Shown: positions 20,814 through 31,121 of the stretch, piece after piece
Layout of the letters: each line of letters begins with the position of its first letter
How positions within the stretch are numbered: the first letter of the stretch is position 1
Assembly (NCBI GenBank): GCA_963788305.1
Contig: CAWBGK010000016.1
Span: 119,500-183,499 of the forward strand
Source of the DNA: an uncultured Chloroflexia bacterium
GTDB taxonomy: Bacteria > Chloroflexota > Anaerolineae > Anaerolineales > UBA4823
Length of the DNA: 64,000 bases
Direction of reading: 5' to 3'
Made by a program: the position numbers and the translations under genes
Notes under the pieces: generated by a model
Told to the model about the DNA's origin: nothing
What the model saw: the letters and a program-made list of their open reading frames with translations, nothing else
Database searches by the model: none

Positions 20814-20919
20814 TTTGTTCCCTCCTGTAAACAGATTGATAGGACGTTCCGAATTTTACCATTATAATTCGTCCCTGATTAATAGATACATCAGCTCTAC
20901 AAAGGAATCGGATACCCTC

Positions 20920-21696
20920 ATGCACATTTTACTCACCAATGATGATGGCGTCACCGCTCCGGGCTTGCTGGCGCTGCTCCAAGAAATTCGCAAGCTGGGA
21001 GAGGTGACGGTCCTGGCGCCTGACCAAAACTGGTCGGCTTCTGGGCATGTTAAGACGATGCACCGCCCGTTAAGAGTGAAAGAAGTCATTTTGGGCGACG
21101 GTACGCCAGCACTCGCGTCCGATGGCGCTCCCTCTGATTGTGTGGCCCTGGCGCTGCTGGGGATACTTAAAGAAAAGGTCGATCTTATCGTTTCCGGGAT
21201 CAATCCAAATGCCAATCTTGGGCATGATGTGACTTATTCTGGGACAGTTACTGCAGCCATGGAAGCGGCGATCTGGGGTCTCCCAGGAATTGCAGTATCA
21301 CTCGATTCTCCGAGAGATCGAAGCACTGAACTGGAATATGGGCCTGCCGCCCGAATCGCCAGGCAGGTTGTCCAGGCGGTCATAGAACATGGTTTGCCAA
21401 AAAATGTGCTGTTGAATGTGAATGTACCCTACCTCCAGGATGACCAGATTTCCGGGGTGCAAATAACCCGCCAGGGTCTGCGACTTTACCGGGATGCTCT
21501 GGACGCTCGGAAAGACCCGCGCGGCCGCCCATATTATTGGATCGGCGGCAATTCTCCAACCGGGGTTGCAGAGGAAGGTACGGATTTTGGCGCCTTAGCT
21601 TCTGGAGCAGTCTCGATCACGCCGATCCACCTCGATATGACGGCTTTTCAAACGATCTCAGAACTGCAGGCCTGGGATTTTCAATTGAGTAAATAG
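20920..21696 (+). CDS. surE: 5'/3'-nucleotidase SurE
   Basis: MHILLTNDDGVTAPGL ... VLAPDQNWSASGH ... SGINPNANLGHDVTYSGTV. The upstream extension of ORF 20683 is antisense to the neighbouring gene and is rejected. Confidence 0.9.
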   Translation: MHILLTNDDGVTAPGLLALLQEIRKLGEVTVLAPDQNWSASGHVKTMHRPLRVKEVILGDGTPALASDGAPSDCVALALLGILKEKVDLIVSGINPNANLGHDVTYSGTVTAAMEAAIWGLPGIAVSLDSPRDRSTELEYGPAARIARQVVQAVIEHGLPKNVLLNVNVPYLQDDQISGVQITRQGLRLYRDALDARKDPRGRPYYWIGGNSPTGVAEEGTDFGALASGAVSITPIHLDMTAFQTISELQAWDFQLSK

Positions 21697-21737
21697 AACA
21701 TCTCACTCGTTTCAGAAAAAGTTGCTGCAATCCCATT

Positions 21738-21773
21738 AACAAAAAGACCTGGGAGAATAAATCTCCCAGGTCT
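21738..21773 (-). terminator. Rho-independent terminator downstream of the DUF3048 gene
   Basis: On the minus strand, AGACCTGGGAGA-tttat-TCTCCCAGGTCT is followed by TTTTTGTTAAT. Confidence 0.6.
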
Positions 21774-21782
21774 GCTTCTAAT

Positions 21783-22994
21783 TCAAGGCATGTAATGTGT
21801 GAAACGGTACAGATTTGGATTAGGCGTTTCCAGTTTGGAGCTTGACCCCACGACTTCATACCAGGTGTTCCCTGGCTTGAAGGGGTACGAGGACCCATCC
21901 TGAAATGTCAGGAAAAGCACCGAATTCTTGCTCGGCCTGTTCCAGACCACCTGATAAACCTGTCCATCACGAAATGCATAAGCTGGACCGCTGCCCGAAA
22001 GGTTAATATCAATTACTTCGTTCACGCCCGGATGAGTATCAAACGCGTACTGGTGGGAAACCAGCAGGACCACGACATTATCCGCTGCAACCTGCTCGTT
22101 GGTCAGCTGATCCATCAACGGGGCAACATTTTCCAGTTCGAGGTTCTCAGCTTCAACCGTATCCTGATACCGCAGGTATCGACCGGTATCAGGGTTGTAA
22201 TCCCACATCGTATATGCACTGATCGAAAAACGCACAAATGCCTGCGTTACAGGTTGTCCTGAAGGGGGGATTTCCTGGTTGAAGTACATGCCGTCCAGGT
22301 TCTGACGGACGTTATCTGTCGAATTCTGATCCGCCGCCGTGCTGATTTCTGAAGTGTCAACTACAAGGGAATTCTGCCCATTCGGATCAACTCGGCACAT
22401 CGGCGGACAGTTCGAATTCCCCTCTACCACCAGCCGGCTTGCAGCATCGGAGTTGAACAGCTTGCTGTAAGTTCGCTGTTCTGCGCTTCCAAATGCGAAA
22501 ATCGACTGGTACATCTGGACAAGCTGCACATCCAGAAGTCGCGCCGACCGGACAGGACCAACGACTTCGGCATCTTGAGTGAGAAAGATCGTATGCAGAC
22601 GAGTCTGTCCAAAAGTCTGGTAATAATCAAATACGACATCTGCCAGCGAAGTTCCCCAGGGTGGACGTTGGCCGCGCGGGAAAAGCTGGACTTTAACTGC
22701 AACAGGTCGGCGCTCCAGTTTTTCTATATCATCCGCCGGTTTACCTTTCAATGGGCTGATGTCCGTCGGGAAATCATGGGGGCCATAGGATGTGGGAGCT
22801 TGCGTAGGAGCTGCTGTCGGCGAAGGTGCTGTTGTAGGCGTCTCACTTGGAGGGATTTCGGTCGGGATGACTGTTGGTGGAGATTCAACGACTGCGGTCG
22901 TCGCGACCGGGATTTCTGTCGGCTGAGGATCAGAATTCGCGCAAGCGCTGAAGAGCAACACAATCAGCGCAAAGATTATTAAACGTTTGGTCAT
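21783..22994 (-). CDS. DUF3048-like lipoprotein (YerB-like)
   Basis: Lipobox LLFSAC, a Pro/Thr-rich linker, then RPVAVKVQLFPRGQRPPWGTSLADVVFDYY...TRLHTIF, which resembles the DUF3048 N-terminal core. Confidence 0.6.
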   Translation of the reverse strand: MTKRLIIFALIVLLFSACANSDPQPTEIPVATTAVVESPPTVIPTEIPPSETPTTAPSPTAAPTQAPTSYGPHDFPTDISPLKGKPADDIEKLERRPVAVKVQLFPRGQRPPWGTSLADVVFDYYQTFGQTRLHTIFLTQDAEVVGPVRSARLLDVQLVQMYQSIFAFGSAEQRTYSKLFNSDAASRLVVEGNSNCPPMCRVDPNGQNSLVVDTSEISTAADQNSTDNVRQNLDGMYFNQEIPPSGQPVTQAFVRFSISAYTMWDYNPDTGRYLRYQDTVEAENLELENVAPLMDQLTNEQVAADNVVVLLVSHQYAFDTHPGVNEVIDINLSGSGPAYAFRDGQVYQVVWNRPSKNSVLFLTFQDGSSYPFKPGNTWYEVVGSSSKLETPNPNLYRFTHYMP

Positions 22995-23103
22995 TTTTTC
23001 TCCGAATGCTTCGAGGTGTACCGTTATCTCTATGGGGAGCTATCATACCTCAGATAAGATACTTTGCCAATTCCTACTGCCTTTTTGATATAATCCAAAT
23101 AGC

Positions 23104-23923
23104 ATGATAAAAATCCAATCCATCAACCGAGCCTTACCAACAACAGGAAAAAGCCTGGTTTTTCTCGCGGTCGGGCTGCTTTTTTTGAGCTGGCTGCTTA
23201 ACACACCCGCTGGGCTGCTTGGCAAGGCGGATGCGGTCGGATACGCAGTCTGTCATCGGATCGATGTACGCTCGTTTCATATAGGTGACCGGCCTCTGCC
23301 TTTGTGCAGCAGATGCACTGGGATGTATGTTGGGGCTGTTTTTGGCCTGATCTTCCAGCTCGTCTTATCCGGAAAGCGATCTGGCCTGCCCAATTGGCGG
23401 CTATGGGTCCTTTTTGGTTTCATTGCAGCAGCATTTGCAGTCGATGGGATCAACTCCTACATGCACCTTTTTCCCGGCGCCCCTTCGCTTTACGAACCCA
23501 GTAATCTCACCCGTTTAATCACCGGGAGTGGAATGGGCTTAATTATCGCATTTGTAATTTACCCTTCTTTCAATCAGACTGTCTGGAAACGACCCGATAT
23601 GTCGCCCGGCCCTGGCAGGAATCAAACCGTTCTTCTTATCCGTCGGGCTTTTATTAATTTTGGATGGTTTGATCTGGCTCGAAAATCCTCTATTGCTGTT
23701 CGGTTTCAGCCTGGTGAGCGCACTCGGAGTGCTGACTCTGCTGACGATGATCTATAGTGTTTTTTGGCTGATGCTGATGAAACGGGATAATCACGCTATC
23801 CAATTTAAAGAGCTCGTTTTTCCACTGACTTTAGGTTTTGGAACAACCATCCTGCAAATTGCTCTTTTCGACCTTGCACGTTTCTGGATGACCGGAACCT
23901 GGGATGGTTTTCACATCGGTTAA
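23104..23923 (+). CDS. DUF2085 family membrane protein; one frameshift near 23605
   Basis: AVCHRIDVRSFHIGDRPLPLCSRCTGMYVG is the DUF2085 signature. ORF 23104..23757 continues as hydrophobic helices in ORF 23660..23923. Confidence 0.65.
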
Positions 23924-23935
23924 GGAGATTCGATC

Positions 23936-24508
23936 ATGGAGTTATTGACTGGTGTATTTTCAGCTTTTGGCCTATCAGCAAGCGCAGGTTTGAATGCGTA
24001 TATCCCGCTTTTGACTATTGCGATTCTCGGGCGTTACACTAACTTGATCCATTTACGCGCACCGTGGGATACTCTTGAGAACCCCTGGGTGATAGGTTTG
24101 CTGATTGTGCTCCTGGCAATTGAGTTTTTTGCCGATAAAGCACCTGCCGTCAACCACGTAAACGATGCGATTCAAACTTTTGTCCGTCCTGTAGCCGGAG
24201 CAATCGTTTTCGCCGCCAGCGCAAAAGTCATCAGCGAAATTCACCCTGTGCTCGCTTTGGCAGCCGGACTGCTGGTCGCGGGGAGCATCCATGCTGTCAA
24301 ATCCGCTGCAGTTCGACCAGCCATCACAGCAACAACTGCCGGGATGGCAAATACGCCCGTAAGCATCCTGGAGGATCTGGTTTCGACCGTTGTCTCGATC
24401 CTGTCCGTCGTCATCCCGATCCTGATCGGACTTGTGGTGATCCTGATCACTTCCCTGGTGATCTGGCGTTTATGGCAGAAAGGGAATGATATACCGAATG
24501 CAATCTAG
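23936..24508 (+). CDS. DUF4126 family membrane protein
   Basis: FGLSASAGLNAYIPLLTIAILGR ... EFFADKAPAVNHVNDAIQTFVRPVAG follows the typical DUF4126 layout. Confidence 0.65.
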   Translation: MELLTGVFSAFGLSASAGLNAYIPLLTIAILGRYTNLIHLRAPWDTLENPWVIGLLIVLLAIEFFADKAPAVNHVNDAIQTFVRPVAGAIVFAASAKVISEIHPVLALAAGLLVAGSIHAVKSAAVRPAITATTAGMANTPVSILEDLVSTVVSILSVVIPILIGLVVILITSLVIWRLWQKGNDIPNAI

Positions 24509-24582
24509 TCGAATCTCAAGTACCAGTCATATATCCGAATTTTCTTAATAACTGAATTATTCTGATCAAGGAGCAAAAAACT

Positions 24583-24807
24583 ATGGCCCAAGACTTCTCA
24601 ACCCCATTTCCCCCGCTGGAAGAACCCTATGTCGAGCCACCGAAGAAGAGCAGGACAGTTTGGATAATCGTCATTGTCGTTCTTGTGCTGCTTTGCTGCT
24701 GCTGCCTGCTGGCAACGGCTGGTTTGGGCACCTGGCTTTGGGACAATGGCGACAAGCTGATGGAAGATCTGGGAGTGTTTGTACCGGTCTTTTCTTCAAT
24801 AGCCTGA
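24583..24807 (+). CDS. Small single-pass membrane protein with a CCCC tract
   Basis: A 74-aa ORF with AAGGAG upstream and one TM helix (VWIIVIVVLVLLCCCCLLATAGLG). Confidence 0.4.
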   Translation: MAQDFSTPFPPLEEPYVEPPKKSRTVWIIVIVVLVLLCCCCLLATAGLGTWLWDNGDKLMEDLGVFVPVFSSIA

Positions 24808-24867
24808 ACAGACGACAACGAGAACTTCGGCAGTTTGATTTTCCTGCCAGGTCAACAAACATAACTA

Positions 24868-24920
24868 ATTCCAGGGCGCGGCGGTTTCTTTTGGAAGAGA
24901 TCTCGCCGCGCTCTGGAATT
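24868..24920. terminator. Long inverted repeat between convergent genes (possible bidirectional terminator)
   Basis: ATTCCAGGGCGCGGCG, a 21-nt loop, then CGCCGCGCTCTGGAAT. The T-run is weak. Confidence 0.35.
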
Positions 24921-24994
24921 TAATTGTTCAACCTTGCAAAATTGGAGGATGAGGGTTCCGATAACCTGGCTTTTTCTCTGCTTCAGGACCAAAT

Positions 24995-26115
24995 TTATCT
25001 AAGAATTTGAATGGCTTCTTTTGGATTGAAGCTCAATTCCAGAGACAATCCGACCTCAGGCAGATCGATATAAGCAGGAAAATCAAAACCGAAAAGCAGC
25101 TCGCCAATTTGAATTAATGCCCGGTTGTTTTTACCCCGAAATGATATTTCTTTGATAACACCTTTTACTCTGCTCTCTCCGCTTCCATCCAGATGAACTA
25201 GAATCCGGGCGCAGTAAGACCTTAATCGATTCGTTTTGGTCAAGGTCTTTTTCCGCCTCAGCTTTTTTGAGGCAAAAAACCCCGATTGAAGTCTCAACTC
25301 CACAACTCTCTCCTAGCCTGACAACCTTTCCTGGCATCATATTGTCCAGTCCAAGAAATCTAGCGACAAATTCCGTTGTTGGATGCCGATATATATCTAC
25401 CGGCTTTCCAACCTGGGCTACCTGACCGGCATTCATCAGGATGATCCGGTCCGCAACTGTAAAGGCTTCTTCCTGGTCGTGCGTGACATAAATCGCGGTC
25501 TGACGGCTTTGCCGCAGAATTCCTCTCAACTCCACCATCAAACGCTCTCTCAGATTTCGATCCAACGCTCCAAGCGGTTCGTCGAGCATCAGGAGCCGGG
25601 GTCTCGGTGCCAGAGCTCGGGCTAAAGCAACCCTCTGGGCTTCTCCACCAGATAAAGTGCTCACATCTCTGTGCCCAATACCAGGTAAACCAACCAGAGA
25701 GAGGACATCTTCAACCCTTTCCCTGATCGCCTCATGGGACATCCCTTGCATTCTCAGGCCAAAAGCGATGTTATTGTAGGTGTCCTGATGAGGAAAGAGA
25801 GCGAAATCCTGAAACATCAACCCAAACCCGCGTTTGTGGGTAGGGACATCCTCTAGCGATTTGCCATTCCATTTTACAACCCCCCGGTCTGGTTTTTCCA
25901 ATCCGGCGACTACCGAAAGTACGGTCGATTTTCCGCAGCCACTGGGCCCCAACAATCCGATGATTTCCTGATCCGATACAGTGAAATGAGACCGCCTGGA
26001 GAGCAAGGGTATCTCCAAAGTGTTTGTGGATATCTTGAAGCTGCAATTCTGATTTTGTGGTTATGCCAGGTTCAGTCGTAATATTCTGCAATTTAGAACT
26101 CTCCAATATCGCCAA
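24995..26115 (-). CDS. thiQ: Thiamine-type ABC transporter ATP-binding protein; two frame disruptions (about 25990 and 25200)
   Basis: Walker A GPSGCGKST, signature LSGGEAQRVALARAL, Walker B LLMLDEP. The N-terminal fragment lies in ORF 25771..26115 and the C-terminal regulatory domain in ORF 24995..25303. The start is TTG at 26115 or 26091. Confidence 0.8.
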
Positions 26116-27837
26116 TTCTAAATCGTTCGATTGCCAGCATGCTCAGCGCTGTGACGACTGCGAGAATAGAGCTGAGGGCAAATGCCATCCCTAAATTTAA
26201 TGCTCCTGGCTGGGACAGGTAGCGGTAGATCATCACTGGAATCGTGGGAAATTCCGGACGCGATACGAGCGCGGTTGCTCCAAATTCTCCAAGAGAGATC
26301 GTAAAGGCAAAGGCTGCCCCTACAAGCAAAGATCTGGCGATGATCGGCAAGTCAATTTGACGCATCACCTGATTCGAGGAAGCACCCATCACGGATGCAG
26401 CCTGGTGAAGCCGTGGCTTAATGCTGCCTAAGGATGGCACCAGGCTTCTAACAACGAAGGGAAATGCTACCAGGGTATGAGCCAGCGGGATTAATATCGG
26501 TGATGCGCGTAGATTCAGCGGAGGTGTATCCAACGTCACGATGAATCCCAATCCCAGGGTGACTGCCGATGTACCCAGTGGGAGCATCAAAACAGGCTCA
26601 AAGAAACTGTTTCCGGCAGCATGCCGGTAGCGAGTTAACGCCCATGCAGCTGGAAAGCCAAGCATCAGGGCCAGAATTACAGTCACTGATCCATACACAA
26701 GCGAGACGCCAATCGAAGTTATTGGTGATACATAGAAATAAGACTCCTGCCGGTTTTCTCCAAGCTCTCGGTAGTAATCCAATGTCGGCTGAAATTCGAT
26801 TTCCCTAGGTATCGAGCGTGAAATCTCAACCTGGACAAAAGACCTGGTGATCAGAGCTAGAAGCGGAAGCGTCAACAATCCTAACAATGCAAGGAGATAT
26901 GCACCGTTAATATCCTGTTCAGCCGACCGATCACAGGTTTTTCGACCAGCTGACGCGGTTTCAACGTGATCGGTCGAACCAACCGGGAGGTCAACCTCGT
27001 GTAGAGGATCGTCAAACCTAACGTGCAAACCAGCTGGATGATTGAAAGCACTGCTGCCAGAGGCAGGTTGAACATGCCGATGGTTTGATTGTAAATCTCA
27101 ACTTCGATTGTAGAAAAACGCGGCCCTCCCAGCACTAAAATCACCCCGAAGGAGGTGAAATCAAAAATGAAGATCAGCAACGCTGCCGAAGCAATCGCCG
27201 GGAATAAAAGCGGCAAGGTGACATGCCAGAAGGACTGCCAGCGGTTTGCACCCAGGACCGCGGAGGCCTGGCTCATCCGAGGGTCAAGGTGGGACCAATA
27301 ATCGCCAACCAACCGCAAGACTATGGTCGTATTGTAGAAAATATGCGCCACTAGAATAGCCGTGAAAGTGTTGACAAATGAAATCGGCGGCTGGCTCAAA
27401 CCAAACAAATCCATGAGAAGTAAATTTATCCAACCGCGCGGACCAAGTAGCGCCTCAAAGGAAGATGCGACAATCAGAGTCGGCAGGACAAATGAAATCC
27501 CGGTGATCGCCAGGATCACGCTTTTTCCCCAGAGGCGGTAGCGCGCCAGTAAAAAAGCCCCAGGAAGACCAAACAGCAAGGTCAGAATTGTCGATAGTCC
27601 TGCCTGCCAGAATGTGAAACGGATAATTCCTCGCATCGATTCTGAGCCTATAATTTCGAGGAACGGTGCGAGCATCCCGTCCCGGCTCCTTGCAAAACTG
27701 GTTTGGAGGATTCCAACCATCGGGTAAAAATAGAAAAGAACCAGGAAACCCAGCGGACCAATCCAGAACAGCCAGAAGGCTATCGGCGTCCTGCTTGACC
27801 TTCCAGGTGAGGTCACCTCAGCACGGTTTCGTACCAT
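26093..27837 (-). CDS. thiP: Thiamine/iron-type ABC transporter fused double permease; one frameshift near 26950
   Basis: ORFs 26881..27837 and 26093..27028 each encode about 6 TM helices with a binding-protein-dependent permease fold. Together they have the ThiP/FbpB length of about 580 aa. Confidence 0.8.
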
Positions 27838-28986
27838 TCACGCAACCATTTCTCGCGGTTTTCAGCGATCATCTCTGGGCTGACTTCTGCGGTATCTTGC
27901 GGGATCTCAAGATATTTTCGGAATGTTTCATCCAATTCAGCTTCTGGATTGACTGGAAAAACAAACATTTGCATCGGCATATCTGCTTGAAAAACAGGCG
28001 AAAGCATAAAATCCACCCATTTCTCGGCAAGCATGCGGTTCGGTGTGCCTTTTAAGATTCCAACAAATTCTATCTGCCGGAAGCATGTATCCGGCGCGGT
28101 TACTGCAGCAGTCGGTGGTGATTCCAGCGGCGTTTCAGCATAGATCAGCTCAAAAACCGGGCTCGAATTATAAGAAACGACGATCGGCCTAGGACCGCGA
28201 CCTGCGGAACCGCTGAATTCCGTAGAGTAAGCGGTTTCCCAGCTGTTGACAACCAGCACATCATTTTCTACAAGCTTGTTCCAATAGTCCAGATAGCCGG
28301 TCTCGCCAAACCGCGAAATCGTCGCCAGCAGAAAGGACAGGCCAGGCGATGATGTGGCGGGATTTTGGACAACCAGCAGGCTTTTATATTTTGGATCAGC
28401 GAGCTCTTCCAACGACTGCGGAACCTGCAGGTTGCGCTCAGCCAGTGCTGCCTTGTCATAATTCAAGCAGACATCTCCGTAATCGACTGGTAAGGCATAA
28501 TGGTTTGGATCTAGCTCGAATTGATCCGGGATAACATCCAAAAGCGGCGAGGCGTATATATCGAATATACCTTCATCCAGCGCTCGAACTCAGAAAAGTG
28601 TTATCGACGCCGTAGAAAACATCCGCAAGTGGGTTTTCCTTTGAAAGAATCGCCTTATTCAACGCCGTCCCAGTATCCCCGCTCTTCAGGAATTGAACGT
28701 TTATTTCATCTGTTTCGAATGCGTAAAGGGCTTCTTCGGAGATTGCGAATGAGTCATGCGTCATAATCTTCAACGTCACAGGTTCCGAAGGCTGTGTTAA
28801 GGACGGCGCAGCAGGTGAAGGGGTAGAGGAAGGTCGACAACCAAAGGATAGGATCATCCCGAGAAACAAGATAGACTGGGGCAAGAATCGATCATTTCCG
28901 AACACGGTTCTGAATGGATTGACCGTTCCTGTTTTCTGAATCACTCGGAAAGAATCCAGTATTTTCAAAAATCGGATTAATTTCAC
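27813..28986 (-). CDS. thiB: Thiamine ABC transporter substrate-binding protein; one frameshift near 28560
   Basis: An N-terminal signal-anchor-like segment, then LKIMTHDSFAISEE...FLKSGDTG (ORF 28573..28986) and PVDYGDVCLNYDK...NPATSSPGLSFLLATI...SYNSSP (ORF 27813..28541). AAGGAG lies 7 nt before the GTG at 28986. Confidence 0.8.
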
Positions 28987-28998
28987 CTTTTATGCTCC

Positions 28999-29635
28999 TT
29001 AAGAATAAATCTGATTCTGGATTCGAATGCAAAGCAACAACCCTTCTTGAAGCGTGATCTCAGCCCGATCACTTACCAGCTGATTGCTGATACCCCTTGT
29101 CGCACCGAATTTGAGACACTCTCCATTTAGGGCGTATTCCAACCCGCGTGTCGTGATCCCGTTTGCATCTCCACTCATAGGGATAAGCGAGACAGTATCA
29201 CCCGGACATCCATTAATGACGATCGTTTCATTTGAGCGGATATAGAAAAAATCCTGGTTGCCATCAACCAGCCGAATCTTCTGAGTTCGGATATGCCCCA
29301 GCTAACATCAAGTTTGCGATCGTTTGATCCCAGCGATCCCCCAGCGCACCCAGGATGACGACTTCATCCACCTGGAGCTTTTCTGCATACTGGAGTGCCA
29401 GCTCCAGGTCGGTAAAATCCTTTCGGACAGGAAATTGAAGAATCAACACACCATCACTCTTCAATTGATCCAATTCGGTTTGTGTGAGCGAATCAAAATC
29501 GCCGATCACCACCGTCGGGATGAGTTCAAGCCTCATGCAGTGGCGAGCACCGCCGTCTGCAGCGATGATGATATCCTGTGCATTGATATTGAAGGGTGTA
29601 TTCAATTCGCCGTTGGCAAATATTACCGCTCTCAA
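28999..29635 (-). CDS. thiN: Thiamine pyrophosphokinase; one frameshift near 29280
   Basis: The catalytic domain is IIAADGGARH...VIGDFDS...KDFTDLELAL (ORF 29264..29635). The C-terminal thiamine-binding domain is read by hand in another frame (IRLVDGNQDFFYI...VSLIPMSGDANGITTRGLEYALNGECLKFGATRGISNQL). Confidence 0.8.
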
Positions 29636-29740
29636 AATAGAAAACCTCCTTCCTGAACGGACTTGACAGGTGGAGGCTTTGAGAAGTACTGGCTGGACTT
29701 TCGATTTTGAGACAGAAAAAGCCCGGCCTTGAATTTCATT

Positions 29741-29831
29741 GCTATTCCTCCGCCGGTATTATCCGGATCAGGTCTTGCGGGTCGAGAGCCAGAATGCTCT
29801 CCTCTCAGCCTGGGTTACCAAGCTCCCCGTG
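29741..29831 (-). promoter_or_regulatory. TPP (THI-box) riboswitch
   Basis: The minus strand reads CACGGGGAGC...GCUGAGAGGAGAG...ACCCGCAAGACCUGAUCCGGAUAAUACCGGCGGAGGAAUAGC, matching the conserved GGGG.GC / CUGAGA / ACCUGAUCNGGAUAAUNCCNGCG elements. A downstream hairpin CCUCC-A-CCUG...CAGG-AA-GGAGG (29645-29675) can sequester the RBS. Confidence 0.9.
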
Positions 29832-29877
29832 CATTCACTTTCTGAATGGCACACTTTAATTATTCTTCGACTGTATT

Positions 29878-29906
29878 AGTATAGTCAACCTGAGGACGAT
29901 TGTCAA
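29878..29906 (-). promoter_or_regulatory. Near-consensus sigma70-type promoter for the riboswitch-thiamine operon
   Basis: On the minus strand: TTGACA (29906-29901), a 17-nt spacer, then TATACT (29883-29878). It lies immediately after the stop of the upstream hydrolase gene. Confidence 0.55.
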
Positions 29907-29907
29907 G

Positions 29908-30699
29908 TTAGCGGACGCGGCGCCTCCATTCATCCTTCAATTGAAGCTGACGCGGACTCACTCCTGAATTCAGCATTAGGTAATCAACCAGAAGCCGGTT
30001 AAATTTGCTGCGTTCATCCAGCATCGGAAAATGCCCGGATCGATCGAATATAATTTGATGAATATTCTCCGAACTTACATATTTCTCCTCAGAAAGATCA
30101 GGGGCAGGCACAACTGGATCATTCTGACCGTAAACAAAGAGGCCAGGATTTTTCATTTTTTTTATTTCAGTTTCCAGCCTCAAATCACCCAGTCCTGAAG
30201 AATAATTTTGGATCACGCGGCCATCCATTTTCGGGACTTCATTTCTTGCTATTCCACCCTCCGGTGTTCGCGATAACAGCAAGTTCGCGAGCTCAAGTGG
30301 TCCATCAACAAGCAAGCGCGGGTTGACAGCCGGACCTTTTTGCGGCAGCCCAACGGCCAGCATCCTGTCAACCAGCTCCGGATTTCTTCCGGCATAACAG
30401 GTCGCCAAAATTGCCCCTAGTCCATGACCAATTAATACAATTCTATGAATACCCATGTCATGGAGAAAATAATCAACCAGTTCTAGCTGTTTTTCAAGCG
30501 AGTAATATTGTGGTGCCTTGGCTGTATCTCCGTACCCCCAAAGGTCCAGAGCGTAGGTACGATATGATAATGATGCAGCCTGCATTGCAGGCATCCAATA
30601 ACGCCAGGAACCGATCCACCCGTGCAAAAAAAGCAGCGGTTTGCCTCTTCCCAAAACTTCGTAATGAACAATTTCATTCTGCAAGAACAGGACACCCAT
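29908..30699 (-). CDS. Alpha/beta-hydrolase-fold protein with the nucleophile Ser replaced by Gly (GHGLG)
   Basis: It is a paralog of 40742..41530 (shared IHYEV.GRGKP...LHGW.GSW, RTYALD.WG.G, SGHF.MLDE). Position 93 is Gly (codon GGA, nt 30421-30423) instead of Ser. Confidence 0.8.
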   Translation of the reverse strand: MGVLFLQNEIVHYEVLGRGKPLLFLHGWIGSWRYWMPAMQAASLSYRTYALDLWGYGDTAKAPQYYSLEKQLELVDYFLHDMGIHRIVLIGHGLGAILATCYAGRNPELVDRMLAVGLPQKGPAVNPRLLVDGPLELANLLLSRTPEGGIARNEVPKMDGRVIQNYSSGLGDLRLETEIKKMKNPGLFVYGQNDPVVPAPDLSEEKYVSSENIHQIIFDRSGHFPMLDERSKFNRLLVDYLMLNSGVSPRQLQLKDEWRRRVR

Positions 30700-30726
30700 A
30701 TAGTTTGGACTTTCATCGAAAAAAAT

Positions 30727-31107
30727 TCAATCCCTTCGATAGTTTCCCAATAAGACCTTGACTCTTTCACAGAGCTGTTCAGGCGAAAAAGGTTTTATGA
30801 TGTAATCCTCTGCGCCTGCTTCCAGACCGGTTTGAACCTCACTTTCCTGCCCTTTGGCTGAAAGGAATGCAACTGGAATGTTCTTTGTTTGCTCATCCAA
30901 TTTCAACTTAATGCAGACCTCATATCCGGTCATTCGCGGCATTCGCACATCCAACAGGATGAGATCCGGCTGCTCTCTGTAGGCAGATTCGAAAGCCTCC
31001 TCACCATTGCTCGCAGTTATGACTTCGTAACCGGAAAACTGCAGTGTGAACCTGATTAACTCGCGAATATCACGCTCATCATCGGCAATTAAGATTTTCA
31101 TCATCAT
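30727..31107 (-). CDS. Single-domain response regulator (CheY-like receiver)
   Basis: KILIADDERDIR...DLILLDVRMPRMTGYEV...AFLSAKG...DYIIKPF. AGGA lies upstream of the ATG cluster at 31107-31101. The ORF is open from the GTG at 31125, which overlaps the kinase stop. Confidence 0.85.
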   Translation of the reverse strand: MMMKILIADDERDIRELIRFTLQFSGYEVITASNGEEAFESAYREQPDLILLDVRMPRMTGYEVCIKLKLDEQTKNIPVAFLSAKGQESEVQTGLEAGAEDYIIKPFSPEQLCERVKVLLGNYRRD

Positions 31108-31121
31108 GCAGATCCTCGTAT

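Noticed and set aside
20683-20919. N-terminal extension of surE from the ORF-track start at 20683
   Set aside because: The extension is antisense to the membrane-protein gene. The conserved SurE N-terminus MHILLTNDDG begins at the ATG at 20920.
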